DNA of 64,000 bases from Rhodocyclaceae bacterium (GCA_020445665.1 JAGRGD010000278.1:12987-76986), one strand, 5' to 3'. Positions 21,064 to 31,451 are shown, counted from the first letter of the stretch. Numbers and translations are program-made. The notes: generated by a model not told the origin, from the sequence alone.

Positions 21064-21807
21064 CTACCGCGGCGTGGTCGCGGCGTCCGTTCCGGTCGGG
21101 CTGTGGTGGGCGGTGTAGCGGACGGACTGGATGGTGGAGTGGCCGATGTGCTGTCCCATCGCGTAATGGTCTTCGCGGGTGGCCACCAGACGACCGTCCA
21201 GCGCACGGAAATCGGAGTACTCGGTAGCGAACTGGAGATCGCCGATGCCGAGCCCGGTGGCGCGGACGATGTGGCCGCTCGCCCGCTCGATTTCAACCAC
21301 GAGCCGCAAGGGGGGCGCCAGCGCCAGTACCAGCATGTCGAGTTCGCCGCCGGCAGCTGACGGCTGACTGCCGAGGTAGCTGAGCGCGGCGTCAGGCGCA
21401 GTCAGGTTCCAGGGCAGCAGGGCGCGGGCAGCCTGCAGGCGCATGGCCAATAGAAACGGCTTGCCCATCGGCCGTCCGCCCTGGGTCGCGATGTTGCCGT
21501 CCATGACGCGCACCTCGTCGCCCCCCGGATAGCCGAGCTCAATCCGGAACCGGTCGGGCTGCTGCCAGAGGCGTGACATCGGGCCTTCGCCCCGACGGTG
21601 GGACACGATTCGGCCGCTTGCCTCCAGCGCCGTGAAGGCCGGGCGTTCGCCATAGGCGGCGCGGATCCGGTCGAGCGTGGCGAGGAGCGGATCGTCGCTG
21701 GCTGCACCGGCCAAGCCGGCAATCAGGCATGACAGGGTCAGGGCGATGGCGCGGATGAAAGGCTGGAGCGGGCGCACCGGCGGAAACGCAGGCAAGGCAG
21801 GCGACAC
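21064..21807 (-). CDS. Exported hypothetical protein
   Basis: A signal-like segment (FIRAIALTLSCLIAGLAGAAS) is followed by a mostly beta-type sequence. I recognise no family. Confidence 0.55.
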   Translation of the reverse strand: MSPALPAFPPVRPLQPFIRAIALTLSCLIAGLAGAASDDPLLATLDRIRAAYGERPAFTALEASGRIVSHRRGEGPMSRLWQQPDRFRIELGYPGGDEVRVMDGNIATQGGRPMGKPFLLAMRLQAARALLPWNLTAPDAALSYLGSQPSAAGGELDMLVLALAPPLRLVVEIERASGHIVRATGLGIGDLQFATEYSDFRALDGRLVATREDHYAMGQHIGHSTIQSVRYTAHHSPTGTDAATTPR

Positions 21808-21870
21808 GGGAAATCGCTCGGGCTGGGTGGGGCGATCCTATAATGCCACGATGTCCACCAGGAGCCACCG

Positions 21871-22080
21871 ATGACCGACCCCCAGCGTCTCGACGATCTG
21901 GAGGGCAAGCTTGCCTTCGCGGAGGATCTCCTGGAGACCCTCAACATGACGGTCTTTCGACAGCAGGAGCAGATCCAGGCCATGCAGCGGCAACTGGCCG
22001 ACATGGCAGGACAGCTTGCCGGTCTGTCGACTGCGGGGGCGCGCGCGGCACCTGCCGACGAGGTGCCGCCCCACTATTGA
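21871..22080 (+). CDS. slyX: SlyX family protein
   Basis: MTDPQRLDDLEGKLAFAEDLLETLNMTVFRQQEQIQAMQRQL is the SlyX coiled coil. Confidence 0.85.
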   Translation: MTDPQRLDDLEGKLAFAEDLLETLNMTVFRQQEQIQAMQRQLADMAGQLAGLSTAGARAAPADEVPPHY

Positions 22081-22757
22081 CCGGGCACGGCCCCAGCGGT
22101 CGTGTCTGCGCTCGCGTCGAGGGGCCCGCTGAGGCGCGAGAATTCGGCCGGCGCGACATACTGGAGCAACTCCCGCCCCTTCGGATCGACCAGCACGTCG
22201 AGGCCCCGCGCGGGGTAGAGCAGGTGCTCCGTGTCACCGCTGGTGACCCGGGACACCGGCTCGCCGAAGCGAGCCAGCACCGCCTCCGGGTCCAGGTTGA
22301 CCGACGGGATGAAGGTGATCGCCGTGATCGGCCAGGCCATTGCAGCCTGACGGTCCCCGGCCGCCAGGTCGAGGCGGCGCGCGCCGCTCTGTAGGGCGGA
22401 AGCGTCGGGCGCCCGGTCGACGAGGCCGTCCATCTCGCCAGGTGGTACCTCCAGGGTCAGGATCATGCGACCGGTGATGAAGCCGAGCTGAACCCGCTCG
22501 AGGTAGGCCTCGAGGGCCAGCGCCCGATCCTTGTCGACAATCAGTCCCAGTTCCGGGTCCGGACCGTGCAGGCGCGCCGCGTCGGCGAGCGTGCTGCCCG
22601 GCAGGGACAGACCGAAGACCAGGCTACCGCCCTGCCCATCGGTTTGCACATTCCACGGCAGGTGCTCAACGGTGCCCTGCGAGGGCGGCGCCGGCAACAG
22701 GAAGGGTACAACGAGGGCGATCAGGATCAGGCCCCCAAGCAGTCCGGCGAGCTTCAT
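22074..22757 (-). CDS. Membrane-anchored hypothetical protein
   Basis: It has an N-terminal TM anchor (MKLAGLLGGLILIALVVPFLL). Its ATG overlaps the stop of the U32 gene (ATGA at 22754..22757). Confidence 0.55.
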   Translation of the reverse strand: MKLAGLLGGLILIALVVPFLLPAPPSQGTVEHLPWNVQTDGQGGSLVFGLSLPGSTLADAARLHGPDPELGLIVDKDRALALEAYLERVQLGFITGRMILTLEVPPGEMDGLVDRAPDASALQSGARRLDLAAGDRQAAMAWPITAITFIPSVNLDPEAVLARFGEPVSRVTSGDTEHLLYPARGLDVLVDPKGRELLQYVAPAEFSRLSGPLDASADTTAGAVPGQ

Positions 22758-24673
22758 GGCTGCGCCTCTTGCGGTGGCGATGCCGGTCGATGGCGCACCA
22801 GCGACACCGGCACGGCTGCCGGCTCAAAGACGCCGGGGCGCAGGGCGCCGACCACGTGCATCTCGCAGCGTTTGCAGTCGAAGCGCAGGGTCAGACGCTC
22901 CTTGCCATGCATCAGCTGCATCGGATCCGGCCGGATGCCCTTCACCTGCTTGGGGCACAGGTTGAAGCTGAAGCGCAGGCAGTGTCGGGTGATCATCAGC
23001 GACACGTCGCCGGTTTCCCGGTTGGCTTCGTACGCGTCGTCGATCAGGGAGACACCGTGCCGCTCATAAAAGCGACGCGCGGCGCCATTGAGGACGTTGC
23101 CCAGGTAGGACAGCTCGCCCTCGGGGTATAGCGGCGGGGGCGACTCCGGACGCTTGCGGGGCAAGGCCCGGCGCGCGGCCTGCCGGCTCGCGACCAGCGC
23201 GGCGGCGACATCGCGGCGCAACTGGTTGATCGTTGCAGCCGGCACGAAGGGGCAGGGGTCCAGGCCCACCGCGACGTGCCGGGCCTCGAAGTCGGTCTCG
23301 CCGAGTTTCGCCAGTTGGCGGCTGAGGGTCTCTCGGGTCTTGTCCGGGTCGCGGGCGATATCGGCGGGGCAGGGCAGGGTCGCGGTGGCCCGGTGCCCGG
23401 CCTCGTCCGTCGCGGCCAGCACGAGGGATGCCCCGTCGCGAGCGAGTTCCAGGTCCAGCCCGATGCGGCGACTCGCCGAGGGGCGTTCGAGGCGCCGCTC
23501 GAACGCCTGATCGTGATTGCGGAACAGGGCCATGCCGGCCTTGATATCGTCCGGCATCGAGGCTGGCCAGAGGCGATGACCTTCAGCCCGGTTGATGCGC
23601 ACGCCGCCCAGGGTGCCGTCGTCGCGATAGAAGCTGAGGCCGTCTCCGTTGGCGAAATCGAGCGCTGAGCGCACCTCGATCCAGCCGTCGCCGACCCGGA
23701 TGACCTCGCCTGCGGGCTCGCCGACGTACTTGGGCGAATCGAAGGCGCCGATGTCCGCCTGCCGGCCGTTGGCAAAGTAGTCGGTGGCACCCCGGTTGAA
23801 GCTCTTTTCCGGCCGCGGCGCGAAGCTGTGGGTGCAGCGGCCGTCGCTGGCTCGCTGGTAGGTCGGCACCTCGTCGAGGAGCCGGTCGAGCAACTGCCGG
23901 TAGTGGGCGGTGATGTTCTTGACGTAGCCCAGGTCCTTCAGGCGCCCCTCGATCTTGAAACTGCGCACGCCCGCGTCGGCCAGCGCCCGCAGGTTGGCGC
24001 TCTGGTCGTTGTCCTTCATCGACAGCAGATGCTTGCCGGCAGCAACGAGCTTGCCGTCTCCGTCGGCGAGGTCATAGGGCAGGCGGCAGGCCTGGGAACA
24101 CTCGCCGCGATTGGCGCTTCGACCGGTATGCGCATGGCTGATGTAGCACTGGCCGCTGTATGCGACGCACAGGGCGCCATGCACGAAGTACTCCAGCACC
24201 GCGTCGGTCTGGCCGGCAATCTCGCGCACCTGGTCGAGGCTGAGCTCCCGTGCCAGAACGATCTGCGAAAAGCCGACGGCGGACAGGAAGCGCACCTTGT
24301 CTGCGCTGCGGTTGTCGGTCTGGGTGCTGGCGTGAAGCTGGATGGGCGGCAGGTCGAGTTCGAGCAGCCCGAGGTCCTGGATGATCAGGGCGTCCGCGCC
24401 GGCCTCGTGGCATGCCCACGCCATGTCGCGGGCCGGTTCCAGTTCGTCGTCGGTCAGGATCGTGTTGAGCGCGACGAAAACCCGCGCGTCGAACCGGTGG
24501 GCCCAGTCCGCCAGGCGACCGATCTCCGCAATCGAATTACCGGCACCGTAGCGGGCGCCAAACCCGGGTCCGCCGATGTAGACCGCATCCGCCCCGTGTC
24601 GAATGGCTTCGATGCCGTAATCGGCGTTCTTGGCCGGAGCGAGCAATTCCAGGCGTTGCGTCGGAGCGGGCAT
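22754..24673 (-). CDS. rlhA: U32 family protein, long RlhA/YdcP type (23S rRNA 5-hydroxycytidine synthase-like)
   Basis: LELLAPAKNADYGIEAIRHGADAVYIGGPGFGAR...HASTQ...FVHGALCVAYSGQCYISHAHTGRSANRGECSQACRLPY...KIEGR. The C-terminal CLRFSFNLCPKQ...FDCKRCEMHV and the roughly 640-aa length match YdcP rather than the shorter U32 paralogues. Confidence 0.75.
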   Translation of the reverse strand: MPAPTQRLELLAPAKNADYGIEAIRHGADAVYIGGPGFGARYGAGNSIAEIGRLADWAHRFDARVFVALNTILTDDELEPARDMAWACHEAGADALIIQDLGLLELDLPPIQLHASTQTDNRSADKVRFLSAVGFSQIVLARELSLDQVREIAGQTDAVLEYFVHGALCVAYSGQCYISHAHTGRSANRGECSQACRLPYDLADGDGKLVAAGKHLLSMKDNDQSANLRALADAGVRSFKIEGRLKDLGYVKNITAHYRQLLDRLLDEVPTYQRASDGRCTHSFAPRPEKSFNRGATDYFANGRQADIGAFDSPKYVGEPAGEVIRVGDGWIEVRSALDFANGDGLSFYRDDGTLGGVRINRAEGHRLWPASMPDDIKAGMALFRNHDQAFERRLERPSASRRIGLDLELARDGASLVLAATDEAGHRATATLPCPADIARDPDKTRETLSRQLAKLGETDFEARHVAVGLDPCPFVPAATINQLRRDVAAALVASRQAARRALPRKRPESPPPLYPEGELSYLGNVLNGAARRFYERHGVSLIDDAYEANRETGDVSLMITRHCLRFSFNLCPKQVKGIRPDPMQLMHGKERLTLRFDCKRCEMHVVGALRPGVFEPAAVPVSLVRHRPASPPQEAQP

Positions 24674-24922
24674 TCGGGGGACTGGGTGAGGTTCGGTGGG
24701 GAGGCGAATGGTGGCACGGGCGGGCCCGCAGCTTCAATAGCCAGGCGCCGGGCGCCGGAATCTTTGCGTTTCCTTATAAGTGTTGCGGAATATTTGAAAA
24801 CGCTACCGTTCGTCCCTTTGGCAATTGACGTGGGAAATTGTTCCTCAAGAATGTCATAAACCATCACACGAATGGGGTTTTCAGCACCTCGAGCCTGCTC
24901 AATGACATTTCAGGGGGTACGC

Positions 24923-26884
24923 ATGTCACATCTCAAGCATCTGATGCGGAAGTCGCTTCCGCTATTCGTCGCCGTTGCGGCTTTGCCAGCGACGGCCCTT
25001 GCCGACCTCTCCGCGGTTCCTGACTCACTGGAACTGGTGCGTGGCGAAAAGGCCCGTATCCAGATTCTTGGCGCGGAGAGTCGTCTGCGGCTCCGGAACT
25101 CCGATGACGACGTCGTCGAGGCAAAGCTGAGATACGGGACGGTCCGTGTCGAGGCCGATCACACCGGTACGGCGATCCTGCGTGTCTGGGACCGGGAGTC
25201 GTCCGTATCGATTCCGGTCACGGTCCGGCGCGAGCGGGACGACGACGACCATGAAGGCGGCGGCGACAATGGCGGCGGTGGCGATACCGGCGGTGGTGGC
25301 GATACCGGCGGCGGGGGCGGGGGAGGCGGCACACTCAGCGGTGACTTCACCCTGCTGGGCTGGAACGATCTGGGCATGCACTGCATGGATGCCGACTATT
25401 CCGTGTTCTCGATCCTGCCGCCCTTCAACAACCTGCACGCGCAACTGGTCGGCAAGAATGGCCAGGGTGTCGTGACCCAGGGCGTCACTCTGACATTCCA
25501 GTCGCTGGCGGACCCGGATGGTTCGGTCAACAGCTTCTCGACCGGGAAGACCAACTTCTGGCAGTACGAGGATGTGCTGTTCGGGGTGTCCCTGCCCGAT
25601 GGCCGCGGTCTCGCGGGCTATGACACGGCCGGCCCTGCGGCTCAGACCATGGTGCTCGACGCCGAGCGGGGCCAGTTCGTGGCCGAGGGTATCCCGATTA
25701 CGCCGTACGACGACGCCGGCGCCAAGAACTTCTATCCGCTGGTAAAGGTCTCGGCCCACGATGGCAACGGCAACCTGCTCGCCGAGGCCCGTGTGGTGCT
25801 GCCGGTCTCGGACGAGATGACCTGTGTCGGCTGTCACGGATCCGGCGCTGGCCCGGATGCACGGCCCCAGGCCGGATGGGTCAATGATCCGGACCCCGAG
25901 CGCGACTATCGGCGCAACATCCTGCGCCTGCATGACGAGGAGCAGCTCGGCAATCTGCGCTTCCAGGAAGCCCTCACCCAGTTTGGCTACTCGCCCGCCG
26001 GTCTGCAGGCCACCGCAGACAGTGGTCGTCCGATCCTGTGCGCGAGCTGTCACGGTTCCAACGCGCTGCCGGGCACCGGTACCGAAGGGATCAGCCCGCT
26101 GACCGAAGCGATGCACAAGCAGCATGCCAGCTCGGCAGACCCGGTCACCGGTCAACTGCTCGGCGACAGCACCAACCGCAGCGCCTGCTATCAGTGCCAC
26201 CCGGGCTCCGAGACCCGCTGCCTGCGGGGGGTGATGGGCAATGCCGTCGAAGCGGACGGCTCGCTCTCGATGCAGTGCCAGAACTGCCACGGCCAGATGG
26301 CCGACGTCGGGCGGGAGGGGCGCGTAGGCTGGCTCGAGCAACCGGACTGCCAGAGCTGCCACCATGACGGCCAGCGCGAGACCTCGTCGCTCGACACGGA
26401 GGGTCAGCTCAAGACCTGGGCCGACACCCGCTATGCCACGAACGCCAACGTACCGGAGGCGGGCTTCAACCTATACCGCTTTAGCAAGGGCCACGGCGAG
26501 TTGCAGTGCGAAGCCTGTCATGGCTCAACCCATGCGGAGTATCCGAGTTCCCACCGCAACGACAACCTGCTCTCGCAGGATGTTCAGGGGCGGGACGGCA
26601 CGATCGGCGAATGCACGGCCTGCCATGCCACGATGCCAGACACCACCACTGGTGGCCCCCACGGCATGCACACGGTCGGCAGCCGCTGGGTCGACCGGCA
26701 CGAGGATGTGGCCGAGCGCAGCACCCGGGATTGCGCTTACTGCCATGGTTCGGACTTCCGCGGCAGCCCGCTGTCCGAGGTGAAGGTGGCGCGCAGCTTC
26801 CGGGCCGAGGGCCGCACCGTCCAGTATGCGGTAGGGGATCAGGTCGGTTGCTACGACTGCCACAACGGGCCCGACGGCGACTGA
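24923..26884 (+). CDS. Secreted multihaem c-type cytochrome (9 CXXCH) with an N-terminal Ig-like domain and a Gly/Asp-rich linker
   Basis: The signal peptide is MSHLKHLMRKSLPLFVAVAALPATALA. A Big2-like segment (LELVRGEKARIQILG...TGTAILRVWD) follows, then the linker GGGDNGGGGDTGGGGDTGGGGGGGG. Haem motifs are CVGCH, CASCH, CYQCH, CQNCH, CQSCH, CEACH, CTACH, CAYCH and CYDCH. Confidence 0.85.
   Translation: MSHLKHLMRKSLPLFVAVAALPATALADLSAVPDSLELVRGEKARIQILGAESRLRLRNSDDDVVEAKLRYGTVRVEADHTGTAILRVWDRESSVSIPVTVRRERDDDDHEGGGDNGGGGDTGGGGDTGGGGGGGGTLSGDFTLLGWNDLGMHCMDADYSVFSILPPFNNLHAQLVGKNGQGVVTQGVTLTFQSLADPDGSVNSFSTGKTNFWQYEDVLFGVSLPDGRGLAGYDTAGPAAQTMVLDAERGQFVAEGIPITPYDDAGAKNFYPLVKVSAHDGNGNLLAEARVVLPVSDEMTCVGCHGSGAGPDARPQAGWVNDPDPERDYRRNILRLHDEEQLGNLRFQEALTQFGYSPAGLQATADSGRPILCASCHGSNALPGTGTEGISPLTEAMHKQHASSADPVTGQLLGDSTNRSACYQCHPGSETRCLRGVMGNAVEADGSLSMQCQNCHGQMADVGREGRVGWLEQPDCQSCHHDGQRETSSLDTEGQLKTWADTRYATNANVPEAGFNLYRFSKGHGELQCEACHGSTHAEYPSSHRNDNLLSQDVQGRDGTIGECTACHATMPDTTTGGPHGMHTVGSRWVDRHEDVAERSTRDCAYCHGSDFRGSPLSEVKVARSFRAEGRTVQYAVGDQVGCYDCHNGPDGD
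25274..25309 (+). repeat. 2 x 18-nt tandem repeat inside the cytochrome linker (encodes GGGGDT twice)
   Basis: GGCGGTGGCGATACCGGC is directly followed by GGTGGTGGCGATACCGGC (1 mismatch). It sits within a longer GGN run at about 25253..25330. Confidence 0.8.
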
Positions 26885-26988
26885 TGCCGGTCGGATAAGG
26901 CCGCCTTCGCGGCCTGGGCCCCCGGCGCCATCCGATTGGATGTCGTCGGGGGCTAAATTTATCCGGATCGTCGCCGTAAATCCGTGCC

Positions 26989-27897
26989 ATGAGCATGATG
27001 GCCGACGATCCCGTCTTCATCCCTTCCAGCGTGCGCGCGGCCATCACGATCCGCAATGCCGCGGAGGATCCGTGCATCAATGATGTGGCGATCCAGCGTA
27101 TGGTGGCAGCCGAGCCGACGGTGGCCGCAGCGCTGCTCCGGCTCGCCAACAGCGCGACCTACCGTCGGGGCAAGCTCGTCGAATCCGTCGCGGATGCGGT
27201 CATGCTGCTTGGCATGGGGGAGGTCCGCGCGGTGGCATCCCAGGTCGCGATGCTGCAGATCGTCAGGGGCATTCGCGGTCGTGCTGCGCGCCTGGTGGCG
27301 GAGAACCTGCTGCTGCACTCCATCTCGGTATCCACATTCGCCGAACAGATTGCGCGGGGCATCGACGGCTGCGAGCCGGGGCGGGTTGCTACCCTGGGCC
27401 TGTTCCACGAGATGCCGACCTTCCTGCTGCTGGCCGGATCCAACCAGTCACCCGAGAAATTCGAGACCCTCGCCGACATCAGCCGGCTCGCCGAGACGGT
27501 GCCGCTGCGCAGCTTCGAACTGCTGATGCAGGACTTCGGCCTGCACTCGCTGGCCATCCCCCGCGTGGTGGAAGCCGAGGCCGTCGAGCAGGCCCACCTC
27601 TACGTGACTCACCCCAATCCCCTGCGCATGCACCCGCTGGAAGGTGGCGAGCGAAAGGGCATGGCGCCAGAGCAGATCGTCCTCCTCCAGGCGATGGCCG
27701 ATGCCGCCTATGTGACCCTGGTCGAGGGACCGCTTCCGGCTTCCCGGGATGCGCACCCCCCACCCTGCGAGGAGATGCTCGAGATGCCCGTCGAGGAAGC
27801 CGATGGGGAGCCCGTCACGCCCCCCCAGGCGCCGCCGCGCGGTGGCCTGGTGGCGAAACTTCAGGCCATGCTGGGGACGCTGTTCGGATCACGTTGA
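26989..27897 (+). CDS. HDOD domain-containing signalling protein
   Basis: VAIQRMVAAEPTVAAALLRLANSATYRRGKLVESVADAVMLLGMGEVRAVA is the typical HDOD core. Confidence 0.8.
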   Translation: MSMMADDPVFIPSSVRAAITIRNAAEDPCINDVAIQRMVAAEPTVAAALLRLANSATYRRGKLVESVADAVMLLGMGEVRAVASQVAMLQIVRGIRGRAARLVAENLLLHSISVSTFAEQIARGIDGCEPGRVATLGLFHEMPTFLLLAGSNQSPEKFETLADISRLAETVPLRSFELLMQDFGLHSLAIPRVVEAEAVEQAHLYVTHPNPLRMHPLEGGERKGMAPEQIVLLQAMADAAYVTLVEGPLPASRDAHPPPCEEMLEMPVEEADGEPVTPPQAPPRGGLVAKLQAMLGTLFGSR

Positions 27898-27961
27898 GCG
27901 CTGGCGGCTGGCCCGCAGCCCCGTGGCGCCGGGTGAGCCAGGAAAAGGAGATCGACCGAGT

Positions 27962-28341
27962 ATGGAAGGCAAGGATTCACGCGACCCGCATCTAGACCAC
28001 GGCATCCAGGATGCCCTGTTTCGCGGCCTGCTCGCGGTGCTGGACAGCGGGCAGGATGCAACCGAGATGCTGGCGGCGGTCGAGAACTTCTCGCGGCGCC
28101 ACTTCGAAGCCGAGGAGCACCTGATGGAGAACCACGGCTACCCGAACATCGACGAACACCGGGCCGAACACCACAGGTTGCTCGACGAGGTTGTGGCGAT
28201 GTGCGCCCTTGGCCCCGCCGACCCGGGCCTGCCAGAGGCCGTCGCCCGCGTGATGGCCGGCATGCGGACCCACATCGACGAAGTGGACGGGAAGCTCGTG
28301 GCCTTCCTGGCGGCCCAGGAAAGCCCGCCGCCCGGACGTGC

Positions 28342-28345
<4 letters not shown>
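27962..28345 (+). CDS. Hemerythrin-like (bacteriohemerythrin) protein
   Basis: The start is MEGKDSRDPHLDHGIQ.... His/Glu ligand spacing is H-FEAEEHLM...EHRAEHHRLLDE...HIDEVD. AAGGAGA lies upstream of the ATG at 27962. Confidence 0.75.
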
Positions 28346-30006
<1,661 letters not shown>

Positions 30007-30080
30007 GGCTTGCGTTTGCTTGTGATCGGGCAGTGCGCAAGCTTACCCGAGGTCGGCCCAGCGTGCGGGCCGGGTGCCGC

Positions 30081-30716
30081 TCAGGCGGCCAGTGGCGCTG
30101 CCGACTCGGGCGCCTCGACTGGTCGATGGAGCAGCACGGCGGGCGCGCCGACGCGGCTGCAGATGCGCTGTTCGCCGATCTGTGAAAAGCCGAAGCGCTG
30201 GATGTAGAAGCGGGCGTGGCGCGGATTGACCTCAATGACCAGATCGGTGATCGGTGGCTGCTGCGAGAGGTGGCCGATGGCCTGCTGAAAGAGGGCGAGC
30301 AGCATCGTCGCCGGAGGGCAGGGCGCATCAATGGCGAGCCGCGTCACTTCAGCCAGGCGCCGGCTGGCGCCGCGCAGGCGATCAATTTCGTGGCGGTAGT
30401 GGGCGTCGGCCTGGAGCCCGGCAATGGAGTCCAGCCCGAGGCGCAGGGTCGCCCACAGATCGGCGCCCTTGCGCGCCAGCACCGTGACGCCCGGGAGGCG
30501 CTCGCCAGTGCCGCCCACGCCGACACGTAGCCCGCGCTGCTGATAGCGGCGGTTGGCAAGGGACTGGGCGGCGGCGAGGTGTCCGGTGCGGACCTCGAAG
30601 CGCAGTCCGCAGAGGGGATCCTGAGCGCGGGACAGATCGTGCTCGAAACCGTAAGGGCACTTCGGGCGGGGCGTTCCCGCGTGCCACAGGGAGGGTACGG
30701 ACAACATCGGGGTCAT
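30081..30716 (-). CDS. FeeM-like N-acyl amino acid synthase (GNAT-fold acyltransferase) candidate
   Basis: LRFEVRTGHLAAAQSLANRRYQQRGL...TLRLGLDS..GLQADAHYRHEIDRLRGASRRLAEVTRLAI...TDLVIEVNPRHARFYIQRFGFSQIGEQRICSRVGAPAVLL matches the remembered FeeM-family layout, especially the VNPRH.RFY..LGF...G motif. GGGAGA lies 6 nt before the ATG. The gene sits 35 nt downstream of the bactofilin gene. Confidence 0.6.
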   Translation of the reverse strand: MTPMLSVPSLWHAGTPRPKCPYGFEHDLSRAQDPLCGLRFEVRTGHLAAAQSLANRRYQQRGLRVGVGGTGERLPGVTVLARKGADLWATLRLGLDSIAGLQADAHYRHEIDRLRGASRRLAEVTRLAIDAPCPPATMLLALFQQAIGHLSQQPPITDLVIEVNPRHARFYIQRFGFSQIGEQRICSRVGAPAVLLHRPVEAPESAAPLAA

Positions 30717-30751
30717 CGGAGGGTCTCCCTGCGTCGCGGGTCGTCGGTCGG

Positions 30752-31348
30752 TCAGGCTTTTGAGGCGACCAGGGGCTTGACGGTGGCAGACTTGGCTGCG
30801 TCTTCGGAGTTCATCGACTGCACATCGCCGCTGACGATGCCGCCCTCCTCGATCAGGATCTTGCCGTAGCGGATCACGCCGCTGACCTTGCCGGTGGCGT
30901 GGATGATGAGTTGCTTGCGGGCGGTCAGTTCGCCCTCGAAATCACCATGGACCTCGGCCACGTCGATGCAGACCTTGCCCGAGAAAGAGCCCTTCTCGGC
31001 GATGCGGATGACCCGGCTGTCCATCGTGGCCTCGACCCGGCCTTCGACGACGAGGGTGTCGCAGTCGAGGATCTCGGCGCCCTTCAGTTTCACGTCCGGT
31101 CCGACAATCAGCTGGCTGCCCATGGTCTCGGTCTCGGTGGCGCTGTTGTCGGTGGCGTTCATGGCGGCGGTCTCTTGCGGTTGGGTGGCGTCCGGAGTGT
31201 CGTTGGAAAGGCTGCCGCCAGCGTGTGCTGCCGAGGCGGCCGTGAGGCTCGAAGGGCCGCGATTGGCCAGGTTGTTCGGGTACGTCGGGCGACGCTCCGG
31301 CACGCTCGCACCGGTGGGCTTCGCGAATAGATTCTGCTTGTTGAACAT
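30752..31348 (-). CDS. Bactofilin family polymer-forming protein
   Basis: The C-terminal beta-helix repeat is LIVGPDVKLKGAEILDCDTLVVEGRVEATMDS..GSFSGKVCIDVAEVHGDFEGEL..ATGKVSGVIRYGKILIEEGGIVSGDV. The N-terminus MFNKQNLFAKP resembles bactofilin membrane-targeting peptides. AGGAAGG lies before the ATG at 31348. Confidence 0.8.
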   Translation of the reverse strand: MFNKQNLFAKPTGASVPERRPTYPNNLANRGPSSLTAASAAHAGGSLSNDTPDATQPQETAAMNATDNSATETETMGSQLIVGPDVKLKGAEILDCDTLVVEGRVEATMDSRVIRIAEKGSFSGKVCIDVAEVHGDFEGELTARKQLIIHATGKVSGVIRYGKILIEEGGIVSGDVQSMNSEDAAKSATVKPLVASKA

Positions 31349-31403
31349 GAGCCTTCCTCTTGCTGTGAGATGAGTGCGGTCGCGGACGCCGCTGGCCGAT
31401 GAT

Positions 31404-31419
31404 GGCAATTGGCGTGCCA
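31404..31419 (-). promoter_or_regulatory. Sigma54 (-24/-12) promoter of the bactofilin operon
   Basis: The minus strand reads TGGCACG-ccaa-TTGCC, against the consensus TGGCACG-N4-TTGCW. The predicted start is near 31393, 45 nt before the ATG. Confidence 0.75.
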
Positions 31420-31438
31420 GCAAGGGAATATTTCACAG

Positions 31439-31451
31439 AATCAATCGTTTG
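31439..31451. promoter_or_regulatory. IHF consensus site between the UAS and the sigma54 promoter
   Basis: AATCAATCGTTTG matches WATCAANNNNTTR at every defined position. Confidence 0.55.

Noticed and set aside
24852-24868. CRP-like half sites TGTCA...TCACA upstream of the multihaem cytochrome gene
   Set aside because: The spacer is 7 nt instead of 6 and the left half deviates from TGTGA. I found no convincing FNR box (TTGAT-N4-ATCAA) in the AT-rich spacer either.
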